Assembly (NCBI GenBank): GCA_009859145.1
Contig: VRVR01000022.1
Location: 20,001 to 268,000 of the forward strand
Length of the DNA stretch: 248,000 nucleotides
Direction of reading: 5' to 3'
DNA from: Andalucia godoyi And28
Taxonomy: Eukaryota > Protista > Jakobida
The translations under genes and the position numbers were made by a program. Below are positions 124,897 to 136,700 of the stretch, piece by piece (within the stretch, counting starts at the first letter, position 1; every line of letters begins with the position of its first letter). The notes under the pieces are model-generated. The model ran no database searches and was not told the origin of the DNA. It worked only from the letters and a program-made list of their open reading frames with translations.

Positions 124897-126570
124897 ATGA
124901 AGTCTCCCACATGTCCCTATTCCCATCCTGAAGAGTTCTGCCATCATCTTCCTTACCGAGTGACGCTTCCTATCATAGCAGCTGTTTTCTTGCTGGCACC
125001 GCTATGCTGTGGTTTGTGGCTTCAGATCCCGCTCGCAATGCCTCCTTCCTCCGACAAGATCAACTTCCCCATATTTCTACTCTTTCTTGGCCTGTACTGG
125101 TTCCAAGCATTCGGAGTCTCGCATTACCACATGGGTTCGCGCGTTCTGCTGTTTCCATTTCGTCTCCAATTTGCCTTCTTCTTTGCTGCTTCTTGTTTCG
125201 GAATCTGCTTCATAGCGGGCTTTCAGCCGTGGCTCGCGCAGTACTACACCGTCATTCTCAGTCTGATCTCGGACTTTATCTTTGTAATGGTCGCCCCCAT
125301 CATTGGTCTTCATGCATACTACCGCACCAAACACCCGGAGACATATCGTGCGTTTGGGATCCATCCAGAGCGTATTCGCGACATCCTTCATTTCGAAGGG
125401 GACTCCCCGTTGGCAACCAGCAGTGATAGTTTGAAACAGTCGCTTCTTTCATTTGACTCTTCGTCCTTCGATAACACCAGCGAGTCGTCCCCGGCGTCAT
125501 CGCCGCTGAAGAGTCCAAAGGGGTTCGCGTCGATCGGACAGGGTGTCACTGCGCCTTCGAAGCGCCGATACTTTCGCACGTTGGCACAGTCGGTTCCGTG
125601 GATTCCCGAAAGCATAGAGGAACTAAAAAAGACGTTTGCGACTGCGTGCAGTGTATACTACCTGGGGGTGCTCATGTATGGGTTCTGCTACATATTTTCG
125701 TACGTCTTTCGAGAATACTTGTTTGACTCGCAACAAGGAAATGTCTACTACGCCATTCTGTTCTCGTTTGGATTTTCGATTTCGTTTATGCCTGTCCGTG
125801 CATTCATGTCGAGACGAATTCGCACCAGTGCACGGCTGCAGGCACAAGAATACATTCTGAAACACGGTGCGGATGAGGAGGATGCACCGACGCACACGAC
125901 GACCACGGCGACAGTGAACCGTGAAGCTGCATTTCGAAGAATGCGAGCGGTGGCAATGGGCTTTGAAGCCACTTCAATCTTCTATCTGGAGCTCTTGTTC
126001 TTTGTGTTCTTCAGAAACCTGTTCAGCGCTGTTCATACCTATGCAGTGTTCTTCGCCTTGGAAATATCAAAGTACCTGTTTGAGGACATACTGCGATTTA
126101 TTCTCCCTCTTTCGCGGAAGTGGTTTGACATTCGGCGGCATCCAAAGCTGAGCAAAACGTTTCCGCTGTCGCTGCTGCGGTACACCTGTGCCGATTCCTA
126201 TGAGCTTGAAGTCTACAACACCTCTTTTGGATACGGCATCCACCTGATGGCAAATGCCGCATCCGGGTTATGCTACCTGGTGATGGCATTGCTGCTGCGC
126301 TACAATCACAATTCGCAGTTCTTCCATTACCGAGATATGACAAATGGCGAATTCCAACTACTGATCTCGCTCTATGGATACTCGTATGCGTTGCTCTTTG
126401 TGAATTTTGTCTTTCTGGCCGCATATCTTCGTCGCAAGCACGGACTGGATCTCATTTCCATATCGTGTACGCCGTTCGTCCGAAACCGAGTCTCGCTTGT
126501 CGCTCTGTTCCTTATCGCCCCGCACGTGATGCAAGATGTTTACTTGGCATTGCTGCAGTATAATGAATAA
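124897..126570 (+). CDS. multi-pass membrane protein of unknown function
   Basis: about 10 hydrophobic helices. Confidence 0.65.
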   Translation: MKSPTCPYSHPEEFCHHLPYRVTLPIIAAVFLLAPLCCGLWLQIPLAMPPSSDKINFPIFLLFLGLYWFQAFGVSHYHMGSRVLLFPFRLQFAFFFAASCFGICFIAGFQPWLAQYYTVILSLISDFIFVMVAPIIGLHAYYRTKHPETYRAFGIHPERIRDILHFEGDSPLATSSDSLKQSLLSFDSSSFDNTSESSPASSPLKSPKGFASIGQGVTAPSKRRYFRTLAQSVPWIPESIEELKKTFATACSVYYLGVLMYGFCYIFSYVFREYLFDSQQGNVYYAILFSFGFSISFMPVRAFMSRRIRTSARLQAQEYILKHGADEEDAPTHTTTTATVNREAAFRRMRAVAMGFEATSIFYLELLFFVFFRNLFSAVHTYAVFFALEISKYLFEDILRFILPLSRKWFDIRRHPKLSKTFPLSLLRYTCADSYELEVYNTSFGYGIHLMANAASGLCYLVMALLLRYNHNSQFFHYRDMTNGEFQLLISLYGYSYALLFVNFVFLAAYLRRKHGLDLISISCTPFVRNRVSLVALFLIAPHVMQDVYLALLQYNE

Positions 126571-126644
126571 ATCGCAAGATCGGTTTTGGATGATTAAAAA
126601 TGAAGACAGGTTGATTCGATTAATTAAAAAAAAAATATGAAGAC

Positions 126645-126729
126645 TCTCCAGAGAGTGAATCGAACACCCGACCCTATGATTTCTATAGCCCTCTACAGTC
126701 ACATGCTCTACCAACTGAGCTATCCGGAG
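126645..126729 (-). tRNA. tRNA-Tyr(GTA) with ~12-nt intron
   Basis: CTCCGGA/TCTGGAG stem, AGCTCAGTTGGTAGAGC D-arm, CTGTAG anticodon loop, GTTCGATTC. Confidence 0.92.
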
Positions 126730-126860
126730 AACTCTGATCGCGCCTCATCCTCACAAGCTTTGTGGTACTTGCAAGTATCCAGCATGGAGGAGGATGGAGT
126801 AACATCACTTGATGCTAACACCGTGTTCCTTTGGAAATGGGGAAAAAAAATTTGAACAAA

Positions 126861-126945
126861 TCTCCAGAGAGTGAATCGAACACCCGACCCTATGATTTCT
126901 ATAGTCCTCTACAGTCACATGCTCTACCAACTGAGCTATCCGGAG
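126861..126945 (-). tRNA. tRNA-Tyr(GTA) with intron, second copy
   Basis: near-identical to the first copy. Confidence 0.92.
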
Positions 126946-127250
126946 TGCTCAGAGTTGCACTGCTGTCTTTTTCCTTGTCATCATTATCTGCCTCGATCGA
127001 GACCGCTCCTCCTTTCTTCCCGTTCTTTCAACAGTGAGCGTTTTCGCTTTCCCTCCAAAAAGACGCAACGTTTTCGATATTTCACTTCTTTTCCACTTCC
127101 TTCTGCATTCTTCTTTATCGTTCTTTTCCCAACCGTTTGTGTGCGTGCGTGCGTGCGTGTTGTTTTACTTTTCAAGTTTTTTTGTTGTTTCGAATTTAGA
127201 AAAGGGGTTCTATTTCTTTTTTTCTCCCCCACCCCGTTTGTTTATGAAAC

Positions 127251-128522
127251 ATGCGTCGTGTTACTTGGCAAGCGGATGCCGACGAGTATGTCCGATACAA
127301 GGAGCATTCGACTCCCGGAGGTGCACCTTCTCCAGGACTTCATTCTTCGACTGGGCCAGGACCACTGGCACACGCGCCTCACTCCTCGACTGCCTCTGGC
127401 TATGCGCCGCTTGACCGCTCTGTTTTGGACTCGACAAGTTCCCCAGCCACTCAGAGCACGATGAATTCCAGCGGCACGTCAGGCAACTCGAACCATAGTT
127501 ATGCGAACACATATCAAGACCGTATCCCGGGGTTAATCTCGCAGTCACAGTCGCAGTCACAGTCGCAGCCGTTTCCTCGAGGTACGCCCTATCCACAACG
127601 GAATTCTAGAAATGCGACATCGAGCGGATCGGCGGTTACGGGATTCTCCGGAAGTGGAGTCGTTCATAGAATGCCTCCTGCGTCCCCACCGTCTCGGCAG
127701 ATCGATGCATATCATCGAATGCGAGACGGCAGTAGTTCATTGATTCATCAATCTCCGGATACTGCCAACAATAGTAATGCGAGTGGATTTGGGGGCAGTC
127801 TTGCGAGTTCCGCAACAGCAGCAGCAGCTGGTGGTGTCGGCGGAGGCAGTGGTAGCAATATCCACGGTGGAGGTGCATGGATCGAGAATCCGTGTGACCA
127901 CTGGGTGACGGTGTTTGGATTTCCAGCGTCGCGTTCATCAAGAGTCGTGGCCGAGTTTTCGCGAATTGGACTCGTATCTGCAACCTCGATTGTTTCTCCT
128001 TCCAACTCGTCTCTTCAGACGTCGCTGTTTTCGAACTCGATGACTGCGAATTCGTTCGTGTCGCCGCTTGATGGAGCTGAAGCAGCGGGTCAAGATGCTG
128101 GGGAGAGCGGGCATGGAAACTGGATTCACTTGCGGTTTGTATCACGCACCGATGCCCTCCATGCGCTCTCATGGCACTCGAGACTGCTGTTCCGCGACAC
128201 GATGATCGGAGTCACGCGTACAGAGCCCGAAGTCGTTCGGCTTGCCGAAGAACAAGCGGCCGGTGGGCGCATTGGATCTGTCCGGAAATCCACTGTGCAA
128301 AAAAAGAGAGCGTACACAGAGTCCATCGAGCCCACCATGCTGTTTGAGCAGCAGCAGCCACAATATCAACCACAATCACAGCAATCACAGCAACCGCAGC
128401 TGCAAAGACCCGGTGTGGTGGATTCATCGCTTTTGCTCGCAGAACCAGCCGCAAAGCAACCGCGGATCGAAAAGTGGGGCATCTGGTCTACCGTCAAGGA
128501 GTTCGTCATGGGCGGATTCTAA
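127251..128522 (+). CDS. NUP35: nucleoporin Nup35/Nup53 (MPPN RRM)
   Basis: WVTVFGFP..F..IG, NWIHLRF..A..ALS..MIGV; C-terminal amphipathic WSTVKEFVMGGF. Confidence 0.85.
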   Translation: MRRVTWQADADEYVRYKEHSTPGGAPSPGLHSSTGPGPLAHAPHSSTASGYAPLDRSVLDSTSSPATQSTMNSSGTSGNSNHSYANTYQDRIPGLISQSQSQSQSQPFPRGTPYPQRNSRNATSSGSAVTGFSGSGVVHRMPPASPPSRQIDAYHRMRDGSSSLIHQSPDTANNSNASGFGGSLASSATAAAAGGVGGGSGSNIHGGGAWIENPCDHWVTVFGFPASRSSRVVAEFSRIGLVSATSIVSPSNSSLQTSLFSNSMTANSFVSPLDGAEAAGQDAGESGHGNWIHLRFVSRTDALHALSWHSRLLFRDTMIGVTRTEPEVVRLAEEQAAGGRIGSVRKSTVQKKRAYTESIEPTMLFEQQQPQYQPQSQQSQQPQLQRPGVVDSSLLLAEPAAKQPRIEKWGIWSTVKEFVMGGF

Positions 128523-128609
128523 ACTCTCCACTACCCCGTTCTGGAGTACCATGCAGTAAAAAATAGCTATAATACTTCTTCATAGTGGATTAATGATCCC
128601 TCCTCACCG

Positions 128610-128957
128610 CTGATTAGTAACACGTCATTGTCATGCATAAACAGACACGGTCAATACTGGCCGACACTAGCACGTTTGTTTTCACAGGAATTCGTGCTTA
128701 CGCGTAGCCATCTATGATTCGTCCAGCGCACTGCCAAGAGGCGAACTTCCAAGACACGATCTCCACTCCCCAGCACGCAGGGTAGCCAACCCCAAGCAGA
128801 AGCCTCAGGGACCGTCTCTTGCAGAACTCTTGGTTTTCTGTTACGAGTGCACCAGGCGGAAGCAAAGTGTTTGCCTATCCCCTTCCCGGCAACGGGATGC
128901 AAGATTGAATATGCATGCCTATTCGTAGATATGCATGTTCAATGTATAATGCAGGCG
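128610..128957 (+). mobile_element. Fanzor2/IS607-like element A2 (deleted derivative)
   Basis: ACCG|CTGATTAG; GGSKVF remnant; hairpin region; TAATGCAGGCG. Confidence 0.82.
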
Positions 128958-129145
128958 TCTGTGCAATTTTTCGGCTTTTCTAACTTTTTACCTGACGTAC
129001 TTGCAGCTCCCTGAATCCGCAAGTCCACATTCCGCAGAGTTCCCGCAGTTTGCAGTTCATTTTGTACTTTTCCACCCCTTTGGGTTCGTGGTTTATTCGA
129101 GCCGGTAGTTGCGGGATTGAGAAGAGCCTTTAGGAATTACGAGAA

Positions 129146-130018
129146 ATGTCCGTTCGTGTATGGTTTGTGACTGGGTGCTCGAATGGGTTTGGGCTGACGC
129201 TCAGCGAGACCCTTTTGAGGGCAGGAGAGCGGGTATTCATGACCGCACGCCGAGTGGACTCGCTGGCGAGCCTGCTGGCAGAGTTTCCCGAGACAGCCCG
129301 ATGTGCTGAGCTTGACGTGACGAGCAGCGCACAAGCCTCTGCTGCGGTGCAGAAGTGCATTGATGTGTTTGGACGTATCGATGTGCTGCTCAACAATGCG
129401 GGATACGGGCTGGTTGGTGCAGTGGAGGAGACATCGGATGCCGAGATGCAGAAAAACTTCCAAGCAAACTTTTTTGGCCCGGTTTATGTGACGCAGGCTG
129501 CGCTTCCGTTCTTGCGCAAGCAGGCAAAGGAGGTCGTGGACGCAAATCAGAAGCCAGTCATTTTGTTCAACACCGCGATTGCTGCGTTGGAGAATGAAGC
129601 GGGGTTCGGCATTTACGGAGCTGCCAAGGCTGCACAGGAGGCAGTTGCAGAGTCGCTCCGTAAGGAGCTGGTGCCCGTTGGAATCCGCGTGGGTACCATT
129701 GTGCTTGGACCATTTCGCACTGGCTTCATTGGGTCTGGTCTGCAGACCACAGAAAAGAAAATCGATGATTACACAAACTCGAGCGGGAAGTTTGCGCATC
129801 ACTTGACAAACGTGATCAACGGCAGGCAGCCGGGAGATCCCGAGAAAGCTTCCAAAGCGGTCCTGGAAGCCGTCGTTGGAGCATTTACTGGCAAGCACCA
129901 GCTGCCCCACCGCCTGATTCTTGGAAGTTTCGCAGTTGCAAAGGTCGATGCATCGCTTGCTCACAGGAAGAAGGAACTTGACGAATGGCGCAATGTTGGC
130001 CAGGGCTGCGACTTCTGA
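129146..130018 (+). CDS. short-chain dehydrogenase/reductase (YbbO/YusZ-like)
   Basis: WFVTGCSNGFG, NNAGYG, YGAAK, PGDPEKA. Confidence 0.88.
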   Translation: MSVRVWFVTGCSNGFGLTLSETLLRAGERVFMTARRVDSLASLLAEFPETARCAELDVTSSAQASAAVQKCIDVFGRIDVLLNNAGYGLVGAVEETSDAEMQKNFQANFFGPVYVTQAALPFLRKQAKEVVDANQKPVILFNTAIAALENEAGFGIYGAAKAAQEAVAESLRKELVPVGIRVGTIVLGPFRTGFIGSGLQTTEKKIDDYTNSSGKFAHHLTNVINGRQPGDPEKASKAVLEAVVGAFTGKHQLPHRLILGSFAVAKVDASLAHRKKELDEWRNVGQGCDF

Positions 130019-130147
130019 TTCATTCTTGAAGAATGAGTGGAAAAAAACCTGCTACCACCCGACTGTATGCCTAGACCTCTGTAAACGAAATAGCCGTCCT
130101 TTCCTAGCGGATTTCTTCGTGCGCCCTGCAGATTTTATCTCTCCATT

Positions 130148-132391
130148 TTACTGCTGATCCTCAATACGATTCATCTTTTGAGAGTCGGCTTCATTGCCGC
130201 TGTGCACACGCTCACATTCGCAATCACAGTCACGGACTTCAAGGTGCTTCATGACTGCAGTCAGGTACGCGATAGCGGCCCACCGCTTATTCACTTCCGA
130301 AACTGCCTGTTGTGCGAATCCAATATTGTAGTAATCAAACTGGATGAACGTCGGAAGTCGATGACACTCGGTGGTCATTGCATCGACCCTGCGCATGATC
130401 GAATGATATCGATTAGCCTTGATTGCAAGGGATTTCCGTCCAGATGCAATTCCCAATATGTAGTGATGGATCATGACAAGGCCGTCCTGGCGCACCACGG
130501 GTTCGTACGCCTCTGTTCGCAGTCCAATCTTATCCAAACCATGTACATCACGAAAGTGGAAGTGGGTTTCACACAGAATGTGGTGTGCATCCACAAACTG
130601 CGGATACGGACTGTTCTTCTCATCGCATAAAACTACATATCGTATCTGTTTGGACGGCTGGGGCGACGCACCGTGCGACGGATCGTTTGCATCCAAGTCA
130701 ATCACAGTCTTTGTTTCCATGGCGCTCCCGTTTTCCGATGACACTGGAGATTCTTCTGCGTGAACGTCCTCGCCATTAAAACTTTCGCTTCCAGCCAACA
130801 GACATGGTGATGGCGATGGCGATGGCGATGGCGAAGACGAAGACGAAGGCGGGGAAAGCGCAGTGAGACATTGATAAGACGGCCATTCTCGAGGATGCCT
130901 TTGTGAAAGTTGTGGTGGAGTCCAAATCATATCAAAGATTCCGGCCTCCTCAAACTCCTTCTTGATCATGTTCCACATCGCAGCATGCCGATCGCATTTT
131001 CTCAGGTTTAAGAAAATGGTCACGATTGCGGGTGCACCGTTGGCATTTGCGCTTGTCTTTTCGGATTGTGTGCTGAAATGGGATTCAATCTCTTTTAGAA
131101 CCTTGTGGAGACGCTGATGACAGGGATCGATCCGTCGATCTCCACCTCCAGAATGGGCAACCCACATTCCAAGACGTCGTTTCGACTTCGGATCCGCACT
131201 TTCAAAAGACGCAATAGCATCTTTCTTTACGAAATCCACGCAAATCGGAAGTTTGAATGCTCTGATACCTTCTGCAAGCTGAACGCTCACAGGTTTTGTT
131301 GCGCACTGGTTCGCAACGATCGACAGTGACTTTGACAGCGAAGTAGAATTATGTGTCATCAGATAACATTGCTGAGAGTACGGCAAGCGATGCAGAATGC
131401 CATCCTCAATATTCAGCGAATCAAAATTCAAATTCAAAAGTGACTGGGAACGAATCGATCGATTCAAAACACTGCACAGATGCATCGAAAGAGGCTTTGG
131501 AATCCATATGTCGGAACCATTCAATACATCCGTTGACGCTGTGGCAAGTGCAGCACACGAATCGATGAACACGGGGTCGAATGTTTGAAGGTCTTTTGGC
131601 CCTTTCACGAGTTTGCACGTGTGGAAAAGATGGCAATAAGTCCTCCAGAACGAAGCATTTCTCTTTGTGCCCGTTCCAGCCGAAGAGGCCATATATTGCG
131701 GCAAGAAGGCCATGGCGGAGACGGAAGTTCCCGCGGAGGTACTGCCGCTGGTGGTGGTGGTGGTGGTGACTGCGGCGTCGCTGATCTTCTGAGCAACAGA
131801 GATGTGGACTGCGTAGACTGACGCAGCGGCAGGCGGTGTCCAATGATCGGGTGACACTGCATTTCCCAGTACTACAAATTCAGGGTGCGGACACTGTCCG
131901 CGCCACACCGCAACAGGACGTGTGGCGCCCGACTTCTGATCATTCCAAACAAGCGTGAAATCCCGGACAGGCATTACAAATCTGGGATCATTGACACAGA
132001 ATATAGCATATGCAATGTCTGTGGACTCGGGAATTCGGCCCGACACTGCATGCCCGAGAGGAACACATCCTTTGGGGGTCTTCGGGGCTACAAAGCCCCA
132101 CTTTTTCTTGTAAAACACCCCACCCGCTCCCCGCGTGTCCCATATCGGTTCGCTTTCCACCGGCTTCACCACATACGGATACAGCGGGTTGTGAATGCAG
132201 TGTCTCACCATCTCCATTCCTACCGGAACAACCGGAACAACCAGTGCTTCCGATTCTGCTGCGTTGGTCGCATTCAGGCACTCAGCACCACCACCGGCTT
132301 CAGAAGCAGCAGCACAATTCTGAAATAGACTCTTTTCAACTTCTGAATTCACCACCTGTCGTAAATCACTCGTCATTCCTTCGGGGGACAC
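130148..132391 (-). CDS. Vps62-like domain plus PLC-like phosphodiesterase fold
   Basis: FTLVWND..VAVWR..FVVLG; YLMTHN, PTFIQFDYY. Confidence 0.55.
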   Translation of the reverse strand: MSPEGMTSDLRQVVNSEVEKSLFQNCAAASEAGGGAECLNATNAAESEALVVPVVPVGMEMVRHCIHNPLYPYVVKPVESEPIWDTRGAGGVFYKKKWGFVAPKTPKGCVPLGHAVSGRIPESTDIAYAIFCVNDPRFVMPVRDFTLVWNDQKSGATRPVAVWRGQCPHPEFVVLGNAVSPDHWTPPAAASVYAVHISVAQKISDAAVTTTTTTSGSTSAGTSVSAMAFLPQYMASSAGTGTKRNASFWRTYCHLFHTCKLVKGPKDLQTFDPVFIDSCAALATASTDVLNGSDIWIPKPLSMHLCSVLNRSIRSQSLLNLNFDSLNIEDGILHRLPYSQQCYLMTHNSTSLSKSLSIVANQCATKPVSVQLAEGIRAFKLPICVDFVKKDAIASFESADPKSKRRLGMWVAHSGGGDRRIDPCHQRLHKVLKEIESHFSTQSEKTSANANGAPAIVTIFLNLRKCDRHAAMWNMIKKEFEEAGIFDMIWTPPQLSQRHPREWPSYQCLTALSPPSSSSSPSPSPSPSPCLLAGSESFNGEDVHAEESPVSSENGSAMETKTVIDLDANDPSHGASPQPSKQIRYVVLCDEKNSPYPQFVDAHHILCETHFHFRDVHGLDKIGLRTEAYEPVVRQDGLVMIHHYILGIASGRKSLAIKANRYHSIMRRVDAMTTECHRLPTFIQFDYYNIGFAQQAVSEVNKRWAAIAYLTAVMKHLEVRDCDCECERVHSGNEADSQKMNRIEDQQ

Positions 132392-132857
132392 ACACTCGGT
132401 TCTCGGATAGCCAAAAAAAATAAATTAAAAAAAAAGAAGAATGTCTACCAATGGCAGGAACAACGACGCATATAAACAGAACAAAAAGCACAAGTATGTG
132501 AAAGGAGGAGAAAAAAATACTAAAAAAAATAATATATATATATATATATAAATGTCAATCAACTTAAAAAATAAGCAAACGAAATGAAAAAGCCGAGTTT
132601 TTGCGGGAAAATCAGCGAAAACGCACGTTTTCTCCGTTTTGCATTTCCGCAAATGATTACAGCAGATGCTCATAACTTGCCGAGACGAAAGGAGGAACGA
132701 ATCATGAAGCAAACATGCGTACTGAAGAAGGATTACGAGCATTGCGTAATGAAGCAAGCAGAGCATCGAATAAGAAAGGTCAATTCTGTTGTGTGTAGAA
132801 CACGTGGAAATCATGGTATTCCCTTGCTACCAACTGGATACGGGGTAATCATCATGA

Positions 132858-133493
132858 TCATCTCCTCTTCACCGAGTGGTTCCTCTTGGGTGGTCTTCTG
132901 AAAACGGAATTTGGAGTTCCGACCTTGAAAAATGCTGTGATGAGCAATCTGAGAATGCAGAACAGGGCGGACAGTCCAATGATGCTACCCATCAAGATTC
133001 CTTGATACCTTTTCAACCAAGTGAACACGCGGTCTTTGAGAAACCGTGTGATTGATGAACATGCTCCTGATGTGGATGTGGATGTGCATTGGGATGTGGA
133101 TGTGGCCTTCAGATGCTGGAGAGACGCTGGAGGAGTTAGCCCCGGATATTTTTGCGACAAAACAAGAATGCACCAATCCATCGATGAGAAATCGCGGATC
133201 GCAGTGGTCAGTGCCGACATAGAGATCATGCGAACAGCATCGACAATGGAACAGAGAGTGGATTCCGCGAGTCTTGCGTGAGAGTTGCGACAGTGACTGA
133301 TGTTTTGGAAGACTTGCGACAAGACTCGGGCGTTGCATCGATCAACGTCGAGTACCGCGTTGACTTCAGAAAGCTCAAGGCCAAGTGCAAGACATCCGCA
133401 TCGTGCTGCAGCATCCGGAAGCCCTCGGTTCTGCAGAGACTCGACGGAATCAAGCGCCTTGTCAAGATCCATCATCTCCATCGTCATCGTCAT
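132858..133493 (-). CDS. hypothetical protein with C-terminal TM helix
   Basis: 211-aa ORF. Confidence 0.4.
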   Translation of the reverse strand: MTMTMEMMDLDKALDSVESLQNRGLPDAAARCGCLALGLELSEVNAVLDVDRCNARVLSQVFQNISHCRNSHARLAESTLCSIVDAVRMISMSALTTAIRDFSSMDWCILVLSQKYPGLTPPASLQHLKATSTSQCTSTSTSGACSSITRFLKDRVFTWLKRYQGILMGSIIGLSALFCILRLLITAFFKVGTPNSVFRRPPKRNHSVKRR

Positions 133494-133746
133494 CGTCTCG
133501 CTGCGTCTTGCAAAACAGAATACTTGATGCGTGATTCACGTCCTTTGTTGTTCGTGTTTTTTTATTAAAAAAAAATGCTACTTGCAAACTGCAACCTGGC
133601 TGAGAACACATCAAAATCCTTTTCTTATTTTTGTCGGCTGAGGAACATACGCACGTTATCCGATTTGGTATATTGTAGACAGTGGTCAACGATGTTTTTT
133701 TCCCTGTGATTTTACAGAACTGTACTTTATACAGATGAAGTGTGCG

Positions 133747-136700
133747 CTACAAAAGGTGCGTTATCGGTGAATCGTCTTGCAAAAGCTGGAGGAGTTGGAG
133801 CCGTCGGACTTGCCGAGCCTTTTGAATTTCGAGCGCAATGCGTTCCTGGACAACTTCGAACATTTCCGGGACCGTGAATCGAACGTACAGGATAACATCG
133901 TCCTTCGGAGACGGAGGAGCCTGGACGCACATTGCTTGTTGCGCCGGAGTTCGAGGAGGTTGCTGGTGATCCGCTAGCGGTAATCCAACAAGAGGTGGGC
134001 TACTGACCGCCGAGCCACTTGCAGAACCACCACCAGGCGCTCCAGAAAAGGAGCCAGATGCGGAGTTCGTACCCGAACCTGAACCTGAACCCGAGCCAGA
134101 GCTGGAGCCAGAGCTGGAATTCGAGTTTGACGAGGAGGGCTGAATTGGGTTTTGTGCAGCGGAGGGCATTGTTGGTGAGACGGAAGACACAGATGCTTCA
134201 ATCTTGGGGTTTGCCGGCGGATCTCCACTGATGTGAAAATAAGGGACCACGAGAGCGAAGGTGTACGGCACTTCGCAGCGAACCACGCGGCCCCACAGAA
134301 TAGGAAACGACATGTCCACCTCTAGCGTCTCCGAGCCATCGATGCTTGGATGTGCAACATAGCAGAACGAGTTTGCGAAAAAGATGGTTGCGTCGTGACG
134401 ATACGCATATTCAGACCACATGATCGGTGGAGCGGGACCGTCTGGAGCACGAATTTCAGCACGCAGCCAGCAGGGAGACATGGAATCGACTGGCGCCGAC
134501 ATGGATACCTTCTGTCGGGTTCGGTATGGCCGGGTTGCGCGAGGAAACAGCAGCTCTCCATCCCTCCAATCATTCCGCTTGCTGTCCGGGCATGATACGC
134601 GCGGAAGAAGCGACCGAAGAGCAAGAAACTTGTGCAAATCGGCAACCATGACTTCCACAGGGGTCATCGGCAGCCTTCTCCAGGGCTCCACAGCTTCTCG
134701 AAATGTCGCACACTGCAAAACATTCGCTTCGGTCCAGTCAAACGGCGCGAAACACAAGGATGGATCGGATAAGAAGCGCTCCCAGCGCATCGACTCAATC
134801 TGCTTGAGTTTTGAAAACAGCGTGTCAATACGCGTGATAAAGAATTCATAAAACATCTGGTCGGGATCATTGAAAAACGCAAACGCACGCTTGCGTAAGC
134901 GCAGAAACAAGTTGAGCAAACGGTCCTTGGCTTGGGGAAACGACAGCCAGATGGAGTCAGAGAGCGCAAATGTCTGCGGATACGCAGATGGAATGGATGA
135001 CGACAGTTCGGAGGTGATGGAGGACGGATCCGAGACAGAGTATAGCATGGAAAGCAAACGACACGCAAGATGAACTGTGACGACTCGGCGCTTCGAAGAC
135101 GGGGAATCAATCACCATGAGAAGGGCTTCCGCGAAATCTGCTTCAGAGACGGGCCGATGAATGGGCAAAAACGTTCGAATTCGACTCGTTTCCGGGACTG
135201 CAAACAGGCGGATGCGAATGGGCAAAGAATAGGCTGCATACAGTGTGACTGTGATGTTCGTTTCCAGCGGTTCTCTCACGTCTTGTGAGCCTTGGCTCGT
135301 GTCTTCTTCAGGCCGACCCTCATGGCGGCCGTCCTCACCATTTGAACTTGTAGCTTTCTCTTCGGACGGACAATGGTCAGCCAAGTCTGCTGCATCGGAT
135401 TTGCTGTGTTTCCTGGACAAAACCGTAGTGTTCTTGAAGGCCATATCAGAATTCCTTTTTCCACCTTCTGAATTGTCGGGAAAGACACGATTTCCGGCTT
135501 CTGCTGCAGTAGGCGAGGTTGGAGCGGACAAGGATGAAGTCCCGTCCGCTTCCACGAGCAACTGCGCCACCAAAGACCGCTGTCTCAGCAACGAAGAGGG
135601 CAACAATCCAACACGATCCAAAACATGTGGGTCAATTTGATGATGCAATTCAACGAGTGCTCCAAAGAACGCAAGGGATGTCGAAACCACCCGGTCGTCC
135701 TCGTGTAGCAGAATGGAGGAAATCCGTTTTCCAAACACATTCGTTACCAAGGGCGACTTTTCCTCGAGTGCCGAATTTGCTAATGTCTGCAGAAACTCTG
135801 GGTCCCTTTCTCCCAGCAACCCGCACTGAGACAGCAAGAACAGCGTCCATCCGCAGTCAAAAGGCTTCGTAATCAACACATTAATAAACTCAGTGACTAG
135901 ATGAGAATGCAGAGCAGCGGACAACGGCGCAAGTCTCAGCGACAAGATATCGCCGAGATAGTACATATCGTCAAACACCTGGGAGGAAATTCTCCCCGTA
136001 AGCTTTCCATATTCAGGGAGTCCAAAGGACGATGTGTGGTGACGCATTCCGACACGAGTGGAGTGCAGCGGTGACTCCACTGCATATCCCCAAGCTTTGG
136101 CGATCTTATCCACATTTTCGCATGAGCCCATAAGCACAGAAACCAGTTTGCGGAGATAAGGATTCTCCTCTTTCCTTAGAACGAAGTCCATTGCCGGATT
136201 TGAAAACTCGCACACACGAAACACATTTAGCGCGATGGTACGGACGGATGCTCGGATCATGGCTTCCTCGTGGCGGAAGAACCTGATGGCCTCCGTATAC
136301 AGAGGAAACCGTGAGTCGTTCGGGAAAAAGAAGAACTGCAGGGTTCTTGTGTTGAGCTTAAAAGAGAGGATCTTCAAAAAAGTGACGTAATGTGCAAGCA
136401 CTTCTTCATCCTCAAAATCAAACCCGTGCATTCCGATAAATTCGTTGATGTTGTTCTGGCTCAGTAAGTAGTACAGACTCGTTTCGTTTCCAGTGTTTTG
136501 GACCAGAATTGAAAGCGTCTGCAAAGCTTGGATCTGGACGTGCCTTTGCGGATACTGCAACAAGAATATCTTGAGCATTTCTTCTTCGAAAAAGTAATGA
136601 AACAGCGAATCGTCATTCTGGTCGCTCCAGATAAGAATCTCTGCAAGCTGTCTCAAGTTTTCAATGAGCGCCGATTCATGCTGTCCACGCTTCTCACGAC

